A stretch of DNA of 64,000 nt, from NCBI GenBank assembly GCA_965215015.1, contig OZ244042.1, positions 3,904,001 through 3,968,000 on the forward strand, given 5' to 3'. The notes under the pieces were generated by a model. That model saw only the letters and a list, made by a program, of their open reading frames with translations. It made no database searches and was not told the origin of the DNA. This document shows positions 9,776 to 19,234 of the stretch, piece by piece. Source of the DNA: Candidatus Poribacteria bacterium. GTDB lineage: Bacteria; Poribacteria; WGA-4E; PCPOR2b. Position 1 is the stretch's first letter. Each line of letters opens with the position of its first letter. The translations under genes and the position numbers were made by a program.

Positions 9776-9804
9776 AGGATAACCGATTTTGGCAATCTGG
9801 ACAA
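9776..9804 (-). promoter_or_regulatory. Sigma70-type promoter candidate (TTGTCC-17-TATCCT), paralogous to 1352-1380
   Basis: Shares the exact 16-mer AGGATAACCGATTTTG with the 1352 copy and has the same spacing. Confidence 0.5.
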
Positions 9805-9919
9805 GAGATTTCCGAATCGAGTTGGGGAGCACATCTGCGAGCCTATTGGGAAGGCTTATCTGCGTCCTGAAGCTTCTCGTGGATACTGGCAAGCAACATC
9901 TTGTCGGTTGTAAACTTCA

Positions 9920-11878
9920 TCACCGATAAAACGAATATACTTCAGTGTTCCACAGGAGTCGAATAGCTACCCACCCGCCCCCGACGATAAACTCTCCAAG
10001 AATCAGTCCTAAAAAAAGTGGGAACGCTTTTCGATACAGACGGATTCCACCCGCTTTGAGCAACATGGCCTTGATTGCCCACGCGATGAATATCGAAAAC
10101 CAGAGTCTTCCCATCGTATACCGCTCGCTACTGAGGAGGTAACCTGCTGGATGAAAAGGCAGCAGGGGAAACCGTGTTCGTAGCCACCACAGGAAGCCGG
10201 TAAAGCAAAAACCAAATCCCGTAAAAACGACCCCCGGAATATCTGTGTCGGTCGGATGATAAAGCCAACTTTGCAGGAGATTATACCCACCAGTGCCCAG
10301 GCCACTGACTACGCCGATTTCGTAACCGACGACGAGGTACGCCCAGAAAGCCGCAAGAATTCCCATGACTGTTGCTAACATCATTGCGACAATCAGTCTG
10401 CCTGAATTCATCTTTGATTCCTCGGCAATCTTTAACCCTTCGAGGGTATGGGGCATTGGATGGGCGCGGGAACCTCGATTAAACGTAAAATAGAACCGCA
10501 TCATGGTGAGACTACCGGGAGACAGCCGCCGCGTACCAAATAGATTGATGATAAATTCATGCGGCGTGGATCTGACGCGATTCATCGGTGGGCCCACTTC
10601 AGCACGAACCCTCGTGATGCCCATCGCCAAAAGATAATAGATTAGAAAATAAAGTCCTACGGTCCACAGTGCCATGCCGCCTTTATACGAAAAAGCCAGC
10701 AGAATAATCAACCCGCAGATCAATCCAACAAGTGCCCACCGATACGGTATCGGCTCTTTTGACTCGCTAAGTCGGTGCGTATTTTTAACACCGATTCCGC
10801 TGTGTTGTCGCTGAAATGGAAAAATGCCCTGACAAATAAAAAGAAAGTAGCGTCTTCCACCATAAAGTGCAAAACACACGAGTGCCAAATACCCGCCCAT
10901 AACCTGTGACCAATCGTAGGGGAAGTCAGGCATAGCTGTCAGCCCAAGCGCACTTCCCAATACCCGTTCCCCTTTCCAGAACCAATAGAAAAACCACAAC
11001 GAAAAAGACATCTCCAACGGTGTCAGAAAGGCCAGGCCAACAGCGAAGGAACGAATATAGACCGGTGTCCAGCCGATAGCGTTGTACGGCTTTTGGGTGA
11101 AGTATTGACCAATCTCTGCGTGGCGCACCGGGAGTTCTGGCAGTGCCGGAAAAAAGAAATGCAGTCCATTGATCAGATTAATTCCGCCCGCGATGGCAAA
11201 TCCAAGCCACATCATCTTCGATCGAAAAAGCCTACCGTCGGGACGGGTCATTTCCAACGGTAATTGGACAATTGGATATGCCAATCGTTCACGCTCAATC
11301 CACTGCCTACGAACCAAGATATTTAGACAGATCATCACCCAGATAAGTGCTGTCAAAAACACCGTCCACCAAAAGATAGGTCGCAGCCAAGCCCGGATAT
11401 GGGATTCGGTGTAAAATGTGCTTTCTCCAGCATAGAAGGCTTCCAACCCTGAAAAATCATTCGTCGTGAACCAAGACGGAATGTATCGCCAAAAGAGTGC
11501 TTTCCATTCGTTTTCAGGGGTGGCGAACCAAAAACCGTCAGGAACCGTCGGCACAATTGTTTGCATCATGTCATGCCCAGAGATCGCTGAAGAAATTGAA
11601 AGCATCACAAAGACTGTTAAAAGCTCTTGCTGTTTGAGGGCAACACGCGGCAGGAAACGTTTGAGAAGGAAATTGAAGGTCATTAGCACCATTAAGGTGA
11701 TCACCACGTTGTAAATGAGTGCCATCGTGGTCGGCAATGTGCTCCAAAACCTCAGATGGTTTGCCATGATAAAATAGGTATTGACCGGAATCAGCAACAG
11801 TCCAAGGAACACCGCTCGAAACGTCACATTCTCAGCCGTTGTTTGCCGAAACCCTGTTTTTTCGACCATTATCCGCAC
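9920..11878 (-). CDS. Polytopic membrane protein, DUF6785/DUF6784-like (putative OPT-like peptide transporter)
   Basis: 652 aa with many TM helices and motifs RQWIERERLAYPI, PFHPAGY and GGIRLYRKAFPLFLGLILGE. Confidence 0.75.
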   Translation of the reverse strand: MRIMVEKTGFRQTTAENVTFRAVFLGLLLIPVNTYFIMANHLRFWSTLPTTMALIYNVVITLMVLMTFNFLLKRFLPRVALKQQELLTVFVMLSISSAISGHDMMQTIVPTVPDGFWFATPENEWKALFWRYIPSWFTTNDFSGLEAFYAGESTFYTESHIRAWLRPIFWWTVFLTALIWVMICLNILVRRQWIERERLAYPIVQLPLEMTRPDGRLFRSKMMWLGFAIAGGINLINGLHFFFPALPELPVRHAEIGQYFTQKPYNAIGWTPVYIRSFAVGLAFLTPLEMSFSLWFFYWFWKGERVLGSALGLTAMPDFPYDWSQVMGGYLALVCFALYGGRRYFLFICQGIFPFQRQHSGIGVKNTHRLSESKEPIPYRWALVGLICGLIILLAFSYKGGMALWTVGLYFLIYYLLAMGITRVRAEVGPPMNRVRSTPHEFIINLFGTRRLSPGSLTMMRFYFTFNRGSRAHPMPHTLEGLKIAEESKMNSGRLIVAMMLATVMGILAAFWAYLVVGYEIGVVSGLGTGGYNLLQSWLYHPTDTDIPGVVFTGFGFCFTGFLWWLRTRFPLLPFHPAGYLLSSERYTMGRLWFSIFIAWAIKAMLLKAGGIRLYRKAFPLFLGLILGEFIVGGGWVAIRLLWNTEVYSFYR

Positions 11879-11892
11879 TTCCTTTTGGCATG

Positions 11893-11926
11893 AAAAAAGC
11901 CCTATGTATCATGCACAGGGCTTTTT
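11893..11926 (-). terminator. Intrinsic terminator-like hairpin between the sulfatase and transporter genes
   Basis: AAAAAGCCCT...AGGGCTTTTT inverted repeat with T-tracts on both strands. Confidence 0.7.
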
Positions 11927-12050
11927 GGCTCGATGCTTTCCAATGCGATGTTGCATTGGGAGAGGTGAGTAGATTGGAACTCTGTCAATCCGCATTTATT
12001 CGTATGCCTTGGGCACGATGGCTTGACTTACAACAATTGTTCACGATCAA

Positions 12051-13340
12051 TCAGCTTCTCTCAGTTTCGCGGCGTTTCTGCATTTCCACCAAACACAAGT
12101 CTGCCAGATCACTGCCCAAGGGGTCGTCTATCTCCAGGGCGTGGCGTTTGAGCAGATGGGCAAGCTCAGTAATGACTTCGGTGTAGGGCGGGAAGTGGAG
12201 ATATTGGTTGTGACCATCTGCCCGCGGCGTCTTATACAGATTCAATTCCTCTTCCGGATCGCTGACCAGATTGTATAACTCGTGGTCCCCCATATAGCCG
12301 CGCAGTCCGCTCACAGGGCGACTCAGAATCAACTTCCACTCGTTGGTGCGAATGCAGCGTTGGTCGACAAAGGGACCACGGGTGATGTTCTGGGTGTAGT
12401 AGGCATCTCGCCACGGAATGGATTCACCCCTCAACAGCGGCGTCATGCTGCTACCGTGGAGATAGTCGGGGATTTCCAATCCTGCCCAATCGAGAATAGT
12501 GGGCATCAGATCTTGCAGTCCTACAAATTCTTCAATAACTAAGCCTGCTTCGATGGTTCCCGGCTGGCTGAAGATCATGGGTACCTTGATCGAGTCTTCA
12601 TGACAGGTAAATTTGTGGTCGGCCCCCCGATAAGAGAACATATCCCCGTGGTCGGAGCAGTAAACGACGATAGTATTTTCGGTGAGCTCCAACTCATCTA
12701 AGATTGTCATCAACCGACCCACATTGTGGTCGATGGCACTGATGGCAGCGTAATAACCAGCGTACGGCACCCCTTTGCCTCGATATGGTTCATAAAATTC
12801 TTTGGGCGCGGTGTAGGGATCGTGGGGTGGGTAATAGCTGTTCACCGCAAAGAAAGGTGCCTCGCTTGTGGCTTGCTCCTTGATGAACTCAATCATCTGG
12901 TCTGTCTGTTGATCTGGCTTGTAAATGCCATCCCGTTTATTGTCCACCCAATGGCCTCCCAAAGAGTTAAATCCCTTCCAAAGGTTGAACAGCCCTGGAT
13001 CCTTTTCACCCAGATGCCACTTGCCAAAATAGGCATTTGTGTGACCAGCCTCCTGCATGGGCCCGAAAACCGTGCGCTGCTCGTGGGAAGTTTCTTCGAG
13101 CAGGTTATCCATGTTGTAGGTGTTGTAAATCACCTGATGTCGGTGTGGATAAACGCCGGTCCACATGGTGGCGCGTACAGGGGTACAGACGGGCCATGGG
13201 GTGAAACTGTTTGTGCAGTTCGCGCCGCCAGCCGCCAATTGATCTATGTTCGGCGTAGAAACAAACTTATTGCCGTTGCAGCCCAGACTGTCCCAACGTT
13301 GCTGGTCAGTCATAAGCAAGATAATGTTGGGTCTTGTCAT
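12051..13340 (-). CDS. Sulfatase (formylglycine-dependent)
   Basis: RPNIILLMTDQQR, CTPVRA (CxPxR), GKWHLG, PHDPY and SDHG motifs. Confidence 0.95.
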   Translation of the reverse strand: MTRPNIILLMTDQQRWDSLGCNGNKFVSTPNIDQLAAGGANCTNSFTPWPVCTPVRATMWTGVYPHRHQVIYNTYNMDNLLEETSHEQRTVFGPMQEAGHTNAYFGKWHLGEKDPGLFNLWKGFNSLGGHWVDNKRDGIYKPDQQTDQMIEFIKEQATSEAPFFAVNSYYPPHDPYTAPKEFYEPYRGKGVPYAGYYAAISAIDHNVGRLMTILDELELTENTIVVYCSDHGDMFSYRGADHKFTCHEDSIKVPMIFSQPGTIEAGLVIEEFVGLQDLMPTILDWAGLEIPDYLHGSSMTPLLRGESIPWRDAYYTQNITRGPFVDQRCIRTNEWKLILSRPVSGLRGYMGDHELYNLVSDPEEELNLYKTPRADGHNQYLHFPPYTEVITELAHLLKRHALEIDDPLGSDLADLCLVEMQKRRETERS

Positions 13341-13354
13341 TCAAAATCCTCCTA

Positions 13355-13877
13355 TTAGGAATTAACGTTGAAGAGTTTCGCCGCATTATTCCAAAAAATG
13401 TCCTCCGCTGTGCTGTCCCTGAGCCGTTCGGACCAGCACACCCATTTAAGTAACCGCAGATGTTCTAGCCTGACCAGCACCGGCTTGATTGTCATGTGCT
13501 TCTCAACCCACACAGGCGACCGTCACCGAGCCAGAGAAAGGTGTCCGCTGTACCGACCGGTTTGCAAAGTCGGGAGGGGCTGCAGCTTACGCTGCCATCC
13601 ACTGATTGGCTTGAGACCGTTGCGCCGGCTACGGTGGGAACGAGATAAACAGGGCTGCTATCCGATGACCGGGGTGCAGATCCCCCATCAGTTCTAAGTA
13701 CATTTTAAAGCCGACTGTATGAAACGCCGCAAGTGAGTCGGGGAGTGCGAAGGCACCACGCTGCCATACATGACGGTGGGCATCAAACACCGGGTCAGGA
13801 ACAAACGAAGCAAGCTCGTGCTCGAAAAATTCTCTGTATTCGGTCTGAGACCGGCCTATCTGCGCTTCTTGACTCAT
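13355..13877 (-). pseudogene. Amidohydrolase pseudogene with internal deletion
   Basis: N-terminus FFEHELASFVPDPVFDAHRHVW (13629-13877) and a separate downstream C-terminus ...LEHLRLLKWVCWSERLRDSTAEDIFWNNAAKLFNVNS*. About 520 bp in total, versus about 1 kb for an intact gene. Confidence 0.75.
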
Positions 13878-14131
13878 GGAATTATTCCTCTCATGCGGAT
13901 GAGCTTGGCAGGTACTTGGCGGACATAAGACACAAAATTGACCCGCTCATTTTCGAGCAGCGGAATTTTCAGGAGCGTGGCTACTCCGTTGGACGCGAGT
14001 TGGGGATCGAACAGGTCAAACTGAGCCATTATTATTCTCCTCAATTTTCCCGGATAAAGGGTTATTATTTAATGTGTAGAGTATATCACATCTCTGTGAA
14101 TTTCGATAGAAAGGATTTCATTGCAGCAAAC

Positions 14132-14288
14132 TCAGGTAATGTTGTGATCCGGTTTGATGATTTCTTCGACGTGGTAATGCGGAGCTATCTCTACTAGTTC
14201 CGGCGTCTCCGGTGATAATCGAGCTTTGACATCTTCGGGAAACGTATAGGGAAATTGCATCTGTTGCAGGAACTAGACAATTGAGTAA
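14132..14288 (-). pseudogene. C-terminal gene remnant, possibly PhyH-like
   Basis: YSIV*FLQQMQFPYTFPEDVKARLSPETPELVEIAPHYHVEEIIKPDHNIT* with no start codon; abuts a REP cluster. Confidence 0.35.
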
Positions 14289-14310
14289 TCAGAACGTTGG
14301 GTAAACCCTC

Positions 14311-14737
14311 GTCGTAGCGTAGGTTTCCTAACCCCGATATGATCGAGGGCAGGCGCTGTGGGCGATCACAGGTTGGAAATCTGTGCCTACGATTGGATTT
14401 CCATTATCGTATGCCAAATCCATATACACTTAGGATTTACGCAGTTGAACCCTCGACGCCTTGTCGGTCGAGATTCATATCTCGACGCAACACTGTTGAT
14501 TTTGGAAAGTCGACCGGCTGCGTCCCCCTTACAGATTCAGTGAACATGTCTCTCAACGCCCGATGAATCGGGCAACTACAGTTCATCCGACAGGGGTAAG
14601 CACGCTCCGCGTGCCGCCCCCTCTCTAAGAACCATCCCCCCGCAAGTGGGGGAAGGGGGGCGACATACGGCGTATGCCTACTATCTTAAAGACGTGGGTT
14701 AAATGGCGTGCCTACAAACTCAAGTGCGTAACTCCTA
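14311..14737. repeat. Mosaic cluster of REP-like palindromes and a MITE-like end
   Basis: GTAGCGTAGGTTTCCTAACC, CACAGGTTGGAAATCTGTGCCTAC, GTCGAGATTCATATCTCGAC, GCCCGATGAATCGGGCAACTAC, CATACGGCGTATGCCTACTA and AAGTGCGTAACTCCT. Several recur elsewhere in the window. Confidence 0.75.
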
Positions 14738-14784
14738 TACACTATATTTACATGCAATTGCCCTGGGGAAACGTATTCAATTTG

Positions 14785-14813
14785 TTGACATTGAGTCGCT
14801 TCTAACGTATAAT
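14785..14813 (+). promoter_or_regulatory. Consensus sigma70 promoter
   Basis: TTGACA-17 nt-TATAAT, 83 nt upstream of the PhyH ATG. Confidence 0.9.
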
Positions 14814-14896
14814 TGGCTTCCCTCTCCTGTTAATTTCCGACGGTTTCTCTGGCAAGTCTATATGTAACTCAGGCACTTAATTATTGGAGGAAGATT

Positions 14897-15841
14897 ATGG
14901 GAACCCATAACGTTTCAAGCGATGACCTGAAGTCTGCTCTCATGCATCTGTCTGAACACGGATATGCCGTAATTGAAGGCATACTCAGCGAGGATGAAAT
15001 CCAGTACTACTGCGGTCTTGTGGAGGAACTTTTTGAACGAGAGCGACAACAACCTTTTGAGCCAGAGGATGGTCCCGCGTTGCCGGAAGATGCTGACATG
15101 GAAGCGTATCTCAAAGAAAGCTACCAGATCAGCGAAGCGGAACTGGCTCGACTCATGCGGCGTATCCGCCATTCACGCGCGCAAAATCAGGGTACGCCGT
15201 GGCCCGTCCCCCCTTCAGGGGTAGTTAAGAATTTCCTTCACTTGCCGACCCTGTTTGATTATGATCAGTCCCAGCGTATCTGGAACTTGGTCAACAAGGC
15301 TCCGGATTTCGGAAAACTGATAGAGCATCCGGCCGTGCTTTCGTTGGTGCGGGAGATTCTGGGCGACGATTGTGTGCTCGCCGACTGTAGCGCGACCAGT
15401 ATAGGCCCCCACACCGGTGAAGGGGGGGCATGGCATGTGGATGTGCCGCTCGGTCAGTTGCCGGAGCCCTTGCCAGACTTCCCGCTGACCATCCAGAATG
15501 CTTGGATGCTCGATGCGTTCACGACGATCAATGGGGCGACACAGATTGTTCCTGATAGCCACCGCACTCGTAGAAAGCCCGTATGGGGCGGGCAGCAGGA
15601 GAACGGGACGATACTGACGGGCTCTGCCGGTTCAGTCGCTATCTGGCTCTCAAATACATGGCACAGGTCCGGTCCCAACGTAACAGACAATCCCCGTCGG
15701 GCAATCCTCTGCTACTACTCTCGTTCATGGATTAAGCCGTTCACCGATTATACATCAATAGCTCCGGAGATTGTGCAAACCTTCTCACCGGAATTGCGGT
15801 ATCTTCTGGGATTTTCGGCGAATCCCCCTGTGCGAGGGTAG
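14897..15841 (+). CDS. Phytanoyl-CoA dioxygenase (PhyH) family Fe(II)/2OG oxygenase
   Basis: WHVD (HxD), NGATQIVPDSH and WHRSGPN...RRAI motifs. Confidence 0.9.
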   Translation: MGTHNVSSDDLKSALMHLSEHGYAVIEGILSEDEIQYYCGLVEELFERERQQPFEPEDGPALPEDADMEAYLKESYQISEAELARLMRRIRHSRAQNQGTPWPVPPSGVVKNFLHLPTLFDYDQSQRIWNLVNKAPDFGKLIEHPAVLSLVREILGDDCVLADCSATSIGPHTGEGGAWHVDVPLGQLPEPLPDFPLTIQNAWMLDAFTTINGATQIVPDSHRTRRKPVWGGQQENGTILTGSAGSVAIWLSNTWHRSGPNVTDNPRRAILCYYSRSWIKPFTDYTSIAPEIVQTFSPELRYLLGFSANPPVRG

Positions 15842-15921
15842 ACGAATTTTTTATATTTATATTGTACCAAACTCCATCAACTTCTAAAAATAGAAATTCA
15901 CTGAAACGAGGAGATATTACA

Positions 15922-16938
15922 ATGATCCGCGAAACAATCCAAAAAGTTGTCGATGGACAAGACTTAACCGAGCGTGAAACGGTTGACACCATGAACGAAA
16001 TTATGAGCGGCGAAGCGACACCGGCCCAAGTTGCTTCGTTCATCACTGCTCTCCGAATTAAGGGCGAAACGATTAAAGAAATCACCGGTGCGGCGCGTGT
16101 CATGCGTGAAAAATCGACGAAGATTCTCACCAAGCACCCTTTTGTCGTCGATACTTGCGGCACAGGCGGAGATGGGGCGCATACGTTCAACATTTCAACG
16201 ACCGCGGCGTTTGTTGTGGCGGGAACAGGCATTCCGGTGGCGAAACATGGTAACCGAGCCGCTTCAAGCCAGAGTGGGGGTGCTGACGTCCTCAAAGCGT
16301 TGGGCGTAAACATCGAAATCGGACCTGAACAGGTTGGAGCGTGTATTGATGATGTGGGAATCGGTTTTCTCTTTGCTGTTACATTGCACGGCGCGATGAA
16401 GTATGCGATCGGGCCCCGCCGAGAGATTGGTATCCGGACAATTTTCAATGCGCTCGGTCCGCTCACAAATCCCGCTGGCGCACAAGCGCAGGTCCTTGGC
16501 GTCTACGCGCCGGTACTGACAGAGTCCTTGGCGCATGTCCTTAAGAATTTTGGGACTCGGCGTGCGTTTGTCGTGCATGGCGGAGACGGTTTGGACGAAA
16601 TCACAACGACGACGACGACTCAGGTTTCGGAGTTGGCAGATGGTGCAGTCAATACATACACGCTTGATCCGACGGAATTGGGCATCCCAACGGCCCAACC
16701 TAACGACCTCAAAGGTGGAACGCCAGAGGAAAACGCAGAAATGACGTTGAGCGTCCTGAGCGGCGAAAAGGGTCCCAAGCGAGATATTGTATTGCTCAAT
16801 GCAGCGGCGGCGATTGTTGCGGGTGAGAAAGCAGAGTGCCTCATAGCGGGACTCGCAACGGCAGCCGAATCTATTGATTCCGGGCGGGCGTTAGAAAAAT
16901 TGGATGGGTTGAAGGCTAAATCGAATGAGGCGTTTTAA
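15922..16938 (+). CDS. trpD: Anthranilate phosphoribosyltransferase
   Basis: DTCGTGGDG, FNISTT, KHGNRAASS and GLDE motifs. Start moved to ATG 15922 after RBS GAGGAG. Confidence 0.97.
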   Translation: MIRETIQKVVDGQDLTERETVDTMNEIMSGEATPAQVASFITALRIKGETIKEITGAARVMREKSTKILTKHPFVVDTCGTGGDGAHTFNISTTAAFVVAGTGIPVAKHGNRAASSQSGGADVLKALGVNIEIGPEQVGACIDDVGIGFLFAVTLHGAMKYAIGPRREIGIRTIFNALGPLTNPAGAQAQVLGVYAPVLTESLAHVLKNFGTRRAFVVHGGDGLDEITTTTTTQVSELADGAVNTYTLDPTELGIPTAQPNDLKGGTPEENAEMTLSVLSGEKGPKRDIVLLNAAAAIVAGEKAECLIAGLATAAESIDSGRALEKLDGLKAKSNEAF

Positions 16939-17038
16939 TGTTGAGTGGCATCTGATTTTCTGCTAGAATCTCGGCATTGCTGTCTATTGCCAATATATGG
17001 TGCGCTTTGAAAGAGGAATGAAAAAAGGGGGAATTCAA

Positions 17039-17977
17039 ATGGCTCAATTATCTAAAGCAACCCTCGGACGGACGGGCCTTGACGTGACTCGCTTGAGTTA
17101 CGGTGCGATGGAGATACGGTCAGAGTGGGCCGGCAACGACGATCGTCCACTGACCGAAGCACAGGCAGAGACTGTCCTTAATACGTTGTTAGATGCCGGA
17201 ATCAACTTCATTGATACCGCCGACTGTTACGGTCACAGTGAAGAGTACATCGGCAGATTTATCTCCCACCGCCGCGATGAATATTATTTGGCGAGCAAGT
17301 GTGGCTGCCACCCAGATCACGGGCAGAAGCACTTGGGTTGGGTCGGCAAAATTTGGACCAAGGAGAACGTCCACCGCGGTGTGGATGAAAGTCTGAAGCG
17401 GTTGAAAACGGACTATCTTGATGTGATGCAATTCCACGGTGCAACGGTAGAAGATTGCGAGAAAGGGGCTGTAATCGATGCGCTGAACGAGGCACGAGAT
17501 CAGGGAAAAGTGCGCTGGATCGGTACATCGTCCGCCCTTGAACATAAACCGACCTTTCTGGAATGGGGCTCGTTTGATGTATTTCAGCTCGGATATTCGG
17601 CACTTGACCGCACGACCGAAAATTTTATCACCGAGGCAGCAAACGTGGGGACTGGGATGATTATCCGAGGGGGTGTGGCACAGGGCGAACCGGGGGAAGG
17701 TAGAGGAAATGCTGACAGATGGCAGCAGACGTTCAACGAGACAAAGTTGGATGAACTTCGTGAAGAGAGCGAAAGTCGTACTGCGTTTATTTTACGCTTT
17801 ACCCTTAGCCATCCGCATGTTCATACTACTATTGTGGGAACGCGAAGTGTTGACCATCTGCTTGAAAACGTCCGAACCGCTGAACGGGGGCCATTGGCAC
17901 CGGATGTTTACGCAGAGGCAAAGCTTCGTCTCGATGCAATCGGGATGACCCCGGCGGAATCGCTTGAAAAGGCGTAG
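17039..17977 (+). CDS. Aldo/keto reductase
   Basis: LGRTGLDVTRLSYG, GINFIDTADCYG, SLKRLKTDYLD and GKVRWIG motifs. Confidence 0.93.
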   Translation: MAQLSKATLGRTGLDVTRLSYGAMEIRSEWAGNDDRPLTEAQAETVLNTLLDAGINFIDTADCYGHSEEYIGRFISHRRDEYYLASKCGCHPDHGQKHLGWVGKIWTKENVHRGVDESLKRLKTDYLDVMQFHGATVEDCEKGAVIDALNEARDQGKVRWIGTSSALEHKPTFLEWGSFDVFQLGYSALDRTTENFITEAANVGTGMIIRGGVAQGEPGEGRGNADRWQQTFNETKLDELREESESRTAFILRFTLSHPHVHTTIVGTRSVDHLLENVRTAERGPLAPDVYAEAKLRLDAIGMTPAESLEKA

Positions 17978-18123
17978 TTGTCTAGGTTCTGTTGACATTT
18001 GGCAGCATGTAGGTTGAGTTGAACGGCTAAAACAAATCCTTATCAGGGACAATAGAGGTGCTGCCTTTTGATAACACTGTCTTATAAACAGATGAAGTGA
18101 GACCCAACTGGATAAGGACTTCA

Positions 18124-18147
18124 GTCGAGGTATAAATCTCGACCTAC
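18124..18147 (-). repeat. GTAG-type REP palindrome
   Basis: GTAGGTCGAGATTTATACCTCGAC; related copies at 14463-14486 and 22881-22900. Confidence 0.7.
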
Positions 18148-18387
18148 GGGCATTGGCTTGGACGAGTGAGTTGGCGAGGAAACCTTGCCCCCACAATTGG
18201 GGACTTCTCATCGAATTATGAACAAACCTCGCATAAATGTCTACACGCCCTAAGTAGTTGGCTTCGATTGCTGCGGGTGGAACAAGTTTCCTAACCTATT
18301 ATCTGTTCGCGAGTTGGAAAAACCCGAGGGCTTTGCGCGATTTCTTAACATGAGCGTTTTTCTTTTAATATCGGAGGATTATAATCA

Positions 18388-19233
18388 ATGATGCTAGGTG
18401 CACATGTTTCCGCCGCTGGCGGTTTGCACAATTCAATTCGGAACGGGGAAAAATTGGAATGTGAAGCTATCCAAATTTTCCTGAAAAATCCGAACCGCTG
18501 GGTTGGCAAAGAGCCCGCCGAATCGGACATAGAACAATTTCGGGAGGCATGGAATGCGTCTGACATTGTTCGGGAGGGGCTTGTCCACGACATCCACCTA
18601 ACCAACCTCGCCTCTCCCAAGCGGGATGTCCTTGAGAACTCTCGTGAACAGTTTCGTTCACAAATGGAGCTCGCAGATTCCTGTGGGCTTCAGTATATCG
18701 TGACCCATCTAGGGGCACATCTCGACACCGGAGAAGCGGAGGGTTTGAAGGTATTGAGCGATAGTTTAAATGAACTCTTTGAGCAAACGGCGGGTGGAAG
18801 CGTTATGGTCTTATTGGAAACAACAGCCGGACAAGGGACAAATCTGGGATACTGTTTTGAGCACCTGCGTGAAATTATTGATGAATCGAAACGTCCTGAG
18901 CGATTGGGCGTCTGTTTCGATACCTGTCACGTCTTCGCGGCGGGATACGATTTGCGAACAGAAGATGATTATCACCGGACGTTTGATCAATTCGATCAAA
19001 TTGTCGGGTTGAATCGGTTGCTTGCGTTCCATCTCAACGATGCAAAATCGCAGTACGGCAGCCGGGTCGATCGCCACGAACACATCGGCGAAGGCAACAT
19101 CGGGATAACACCTTTCCAACTGCTTGCTAATGACCCCCGTTTTGAGAATACCCCAATGGTTATCGAAACGCCAAAGATGAAAACGATGCACGCCACCAAT
19201 CTTGGGGTGTTGAGAGGGTTAGTGAAAAATTGA
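18388..19233 (+). CDS. nfo: Endonuclease IV
   Basis: LGAHVSAAGG, LLETTAGQG, CFDTCHVFAAGYD, HLND and DRHEHIGEG motifs. Confidence 0.97.
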   Translation: MMLGAHVSAAGGLHNSIRNGEKLECEAIQIFLKNPNRWVGKEPAESDIEQFREAWNASDIVREGLVHDIHLTNLASPKRDVLENSREQFRSQMELADSCGLQYIVTHLGAHLDTGEAEGLKVLSDSLNELFEQTAGGSVMVLLETTAGQGTNLGYCFEHLREIIDESKRPERLGVCFDTCHVFAAGYDLRTEDDYHRTFDQFDQIVGLNRLLAFHLNDAKSQYGSRVDRHEHIGEGNIGITPFQLLANDPRFENTPMVIETPKMKTMHATNLGVLRGLVKN

Positions 19234-19234
19234 T

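Noticed and set aside
13733-14197. 154-aa plus-strand ORF
   Set aside because: Antisense to minus-strand pseudogene remnants, with no recognisable motifs.
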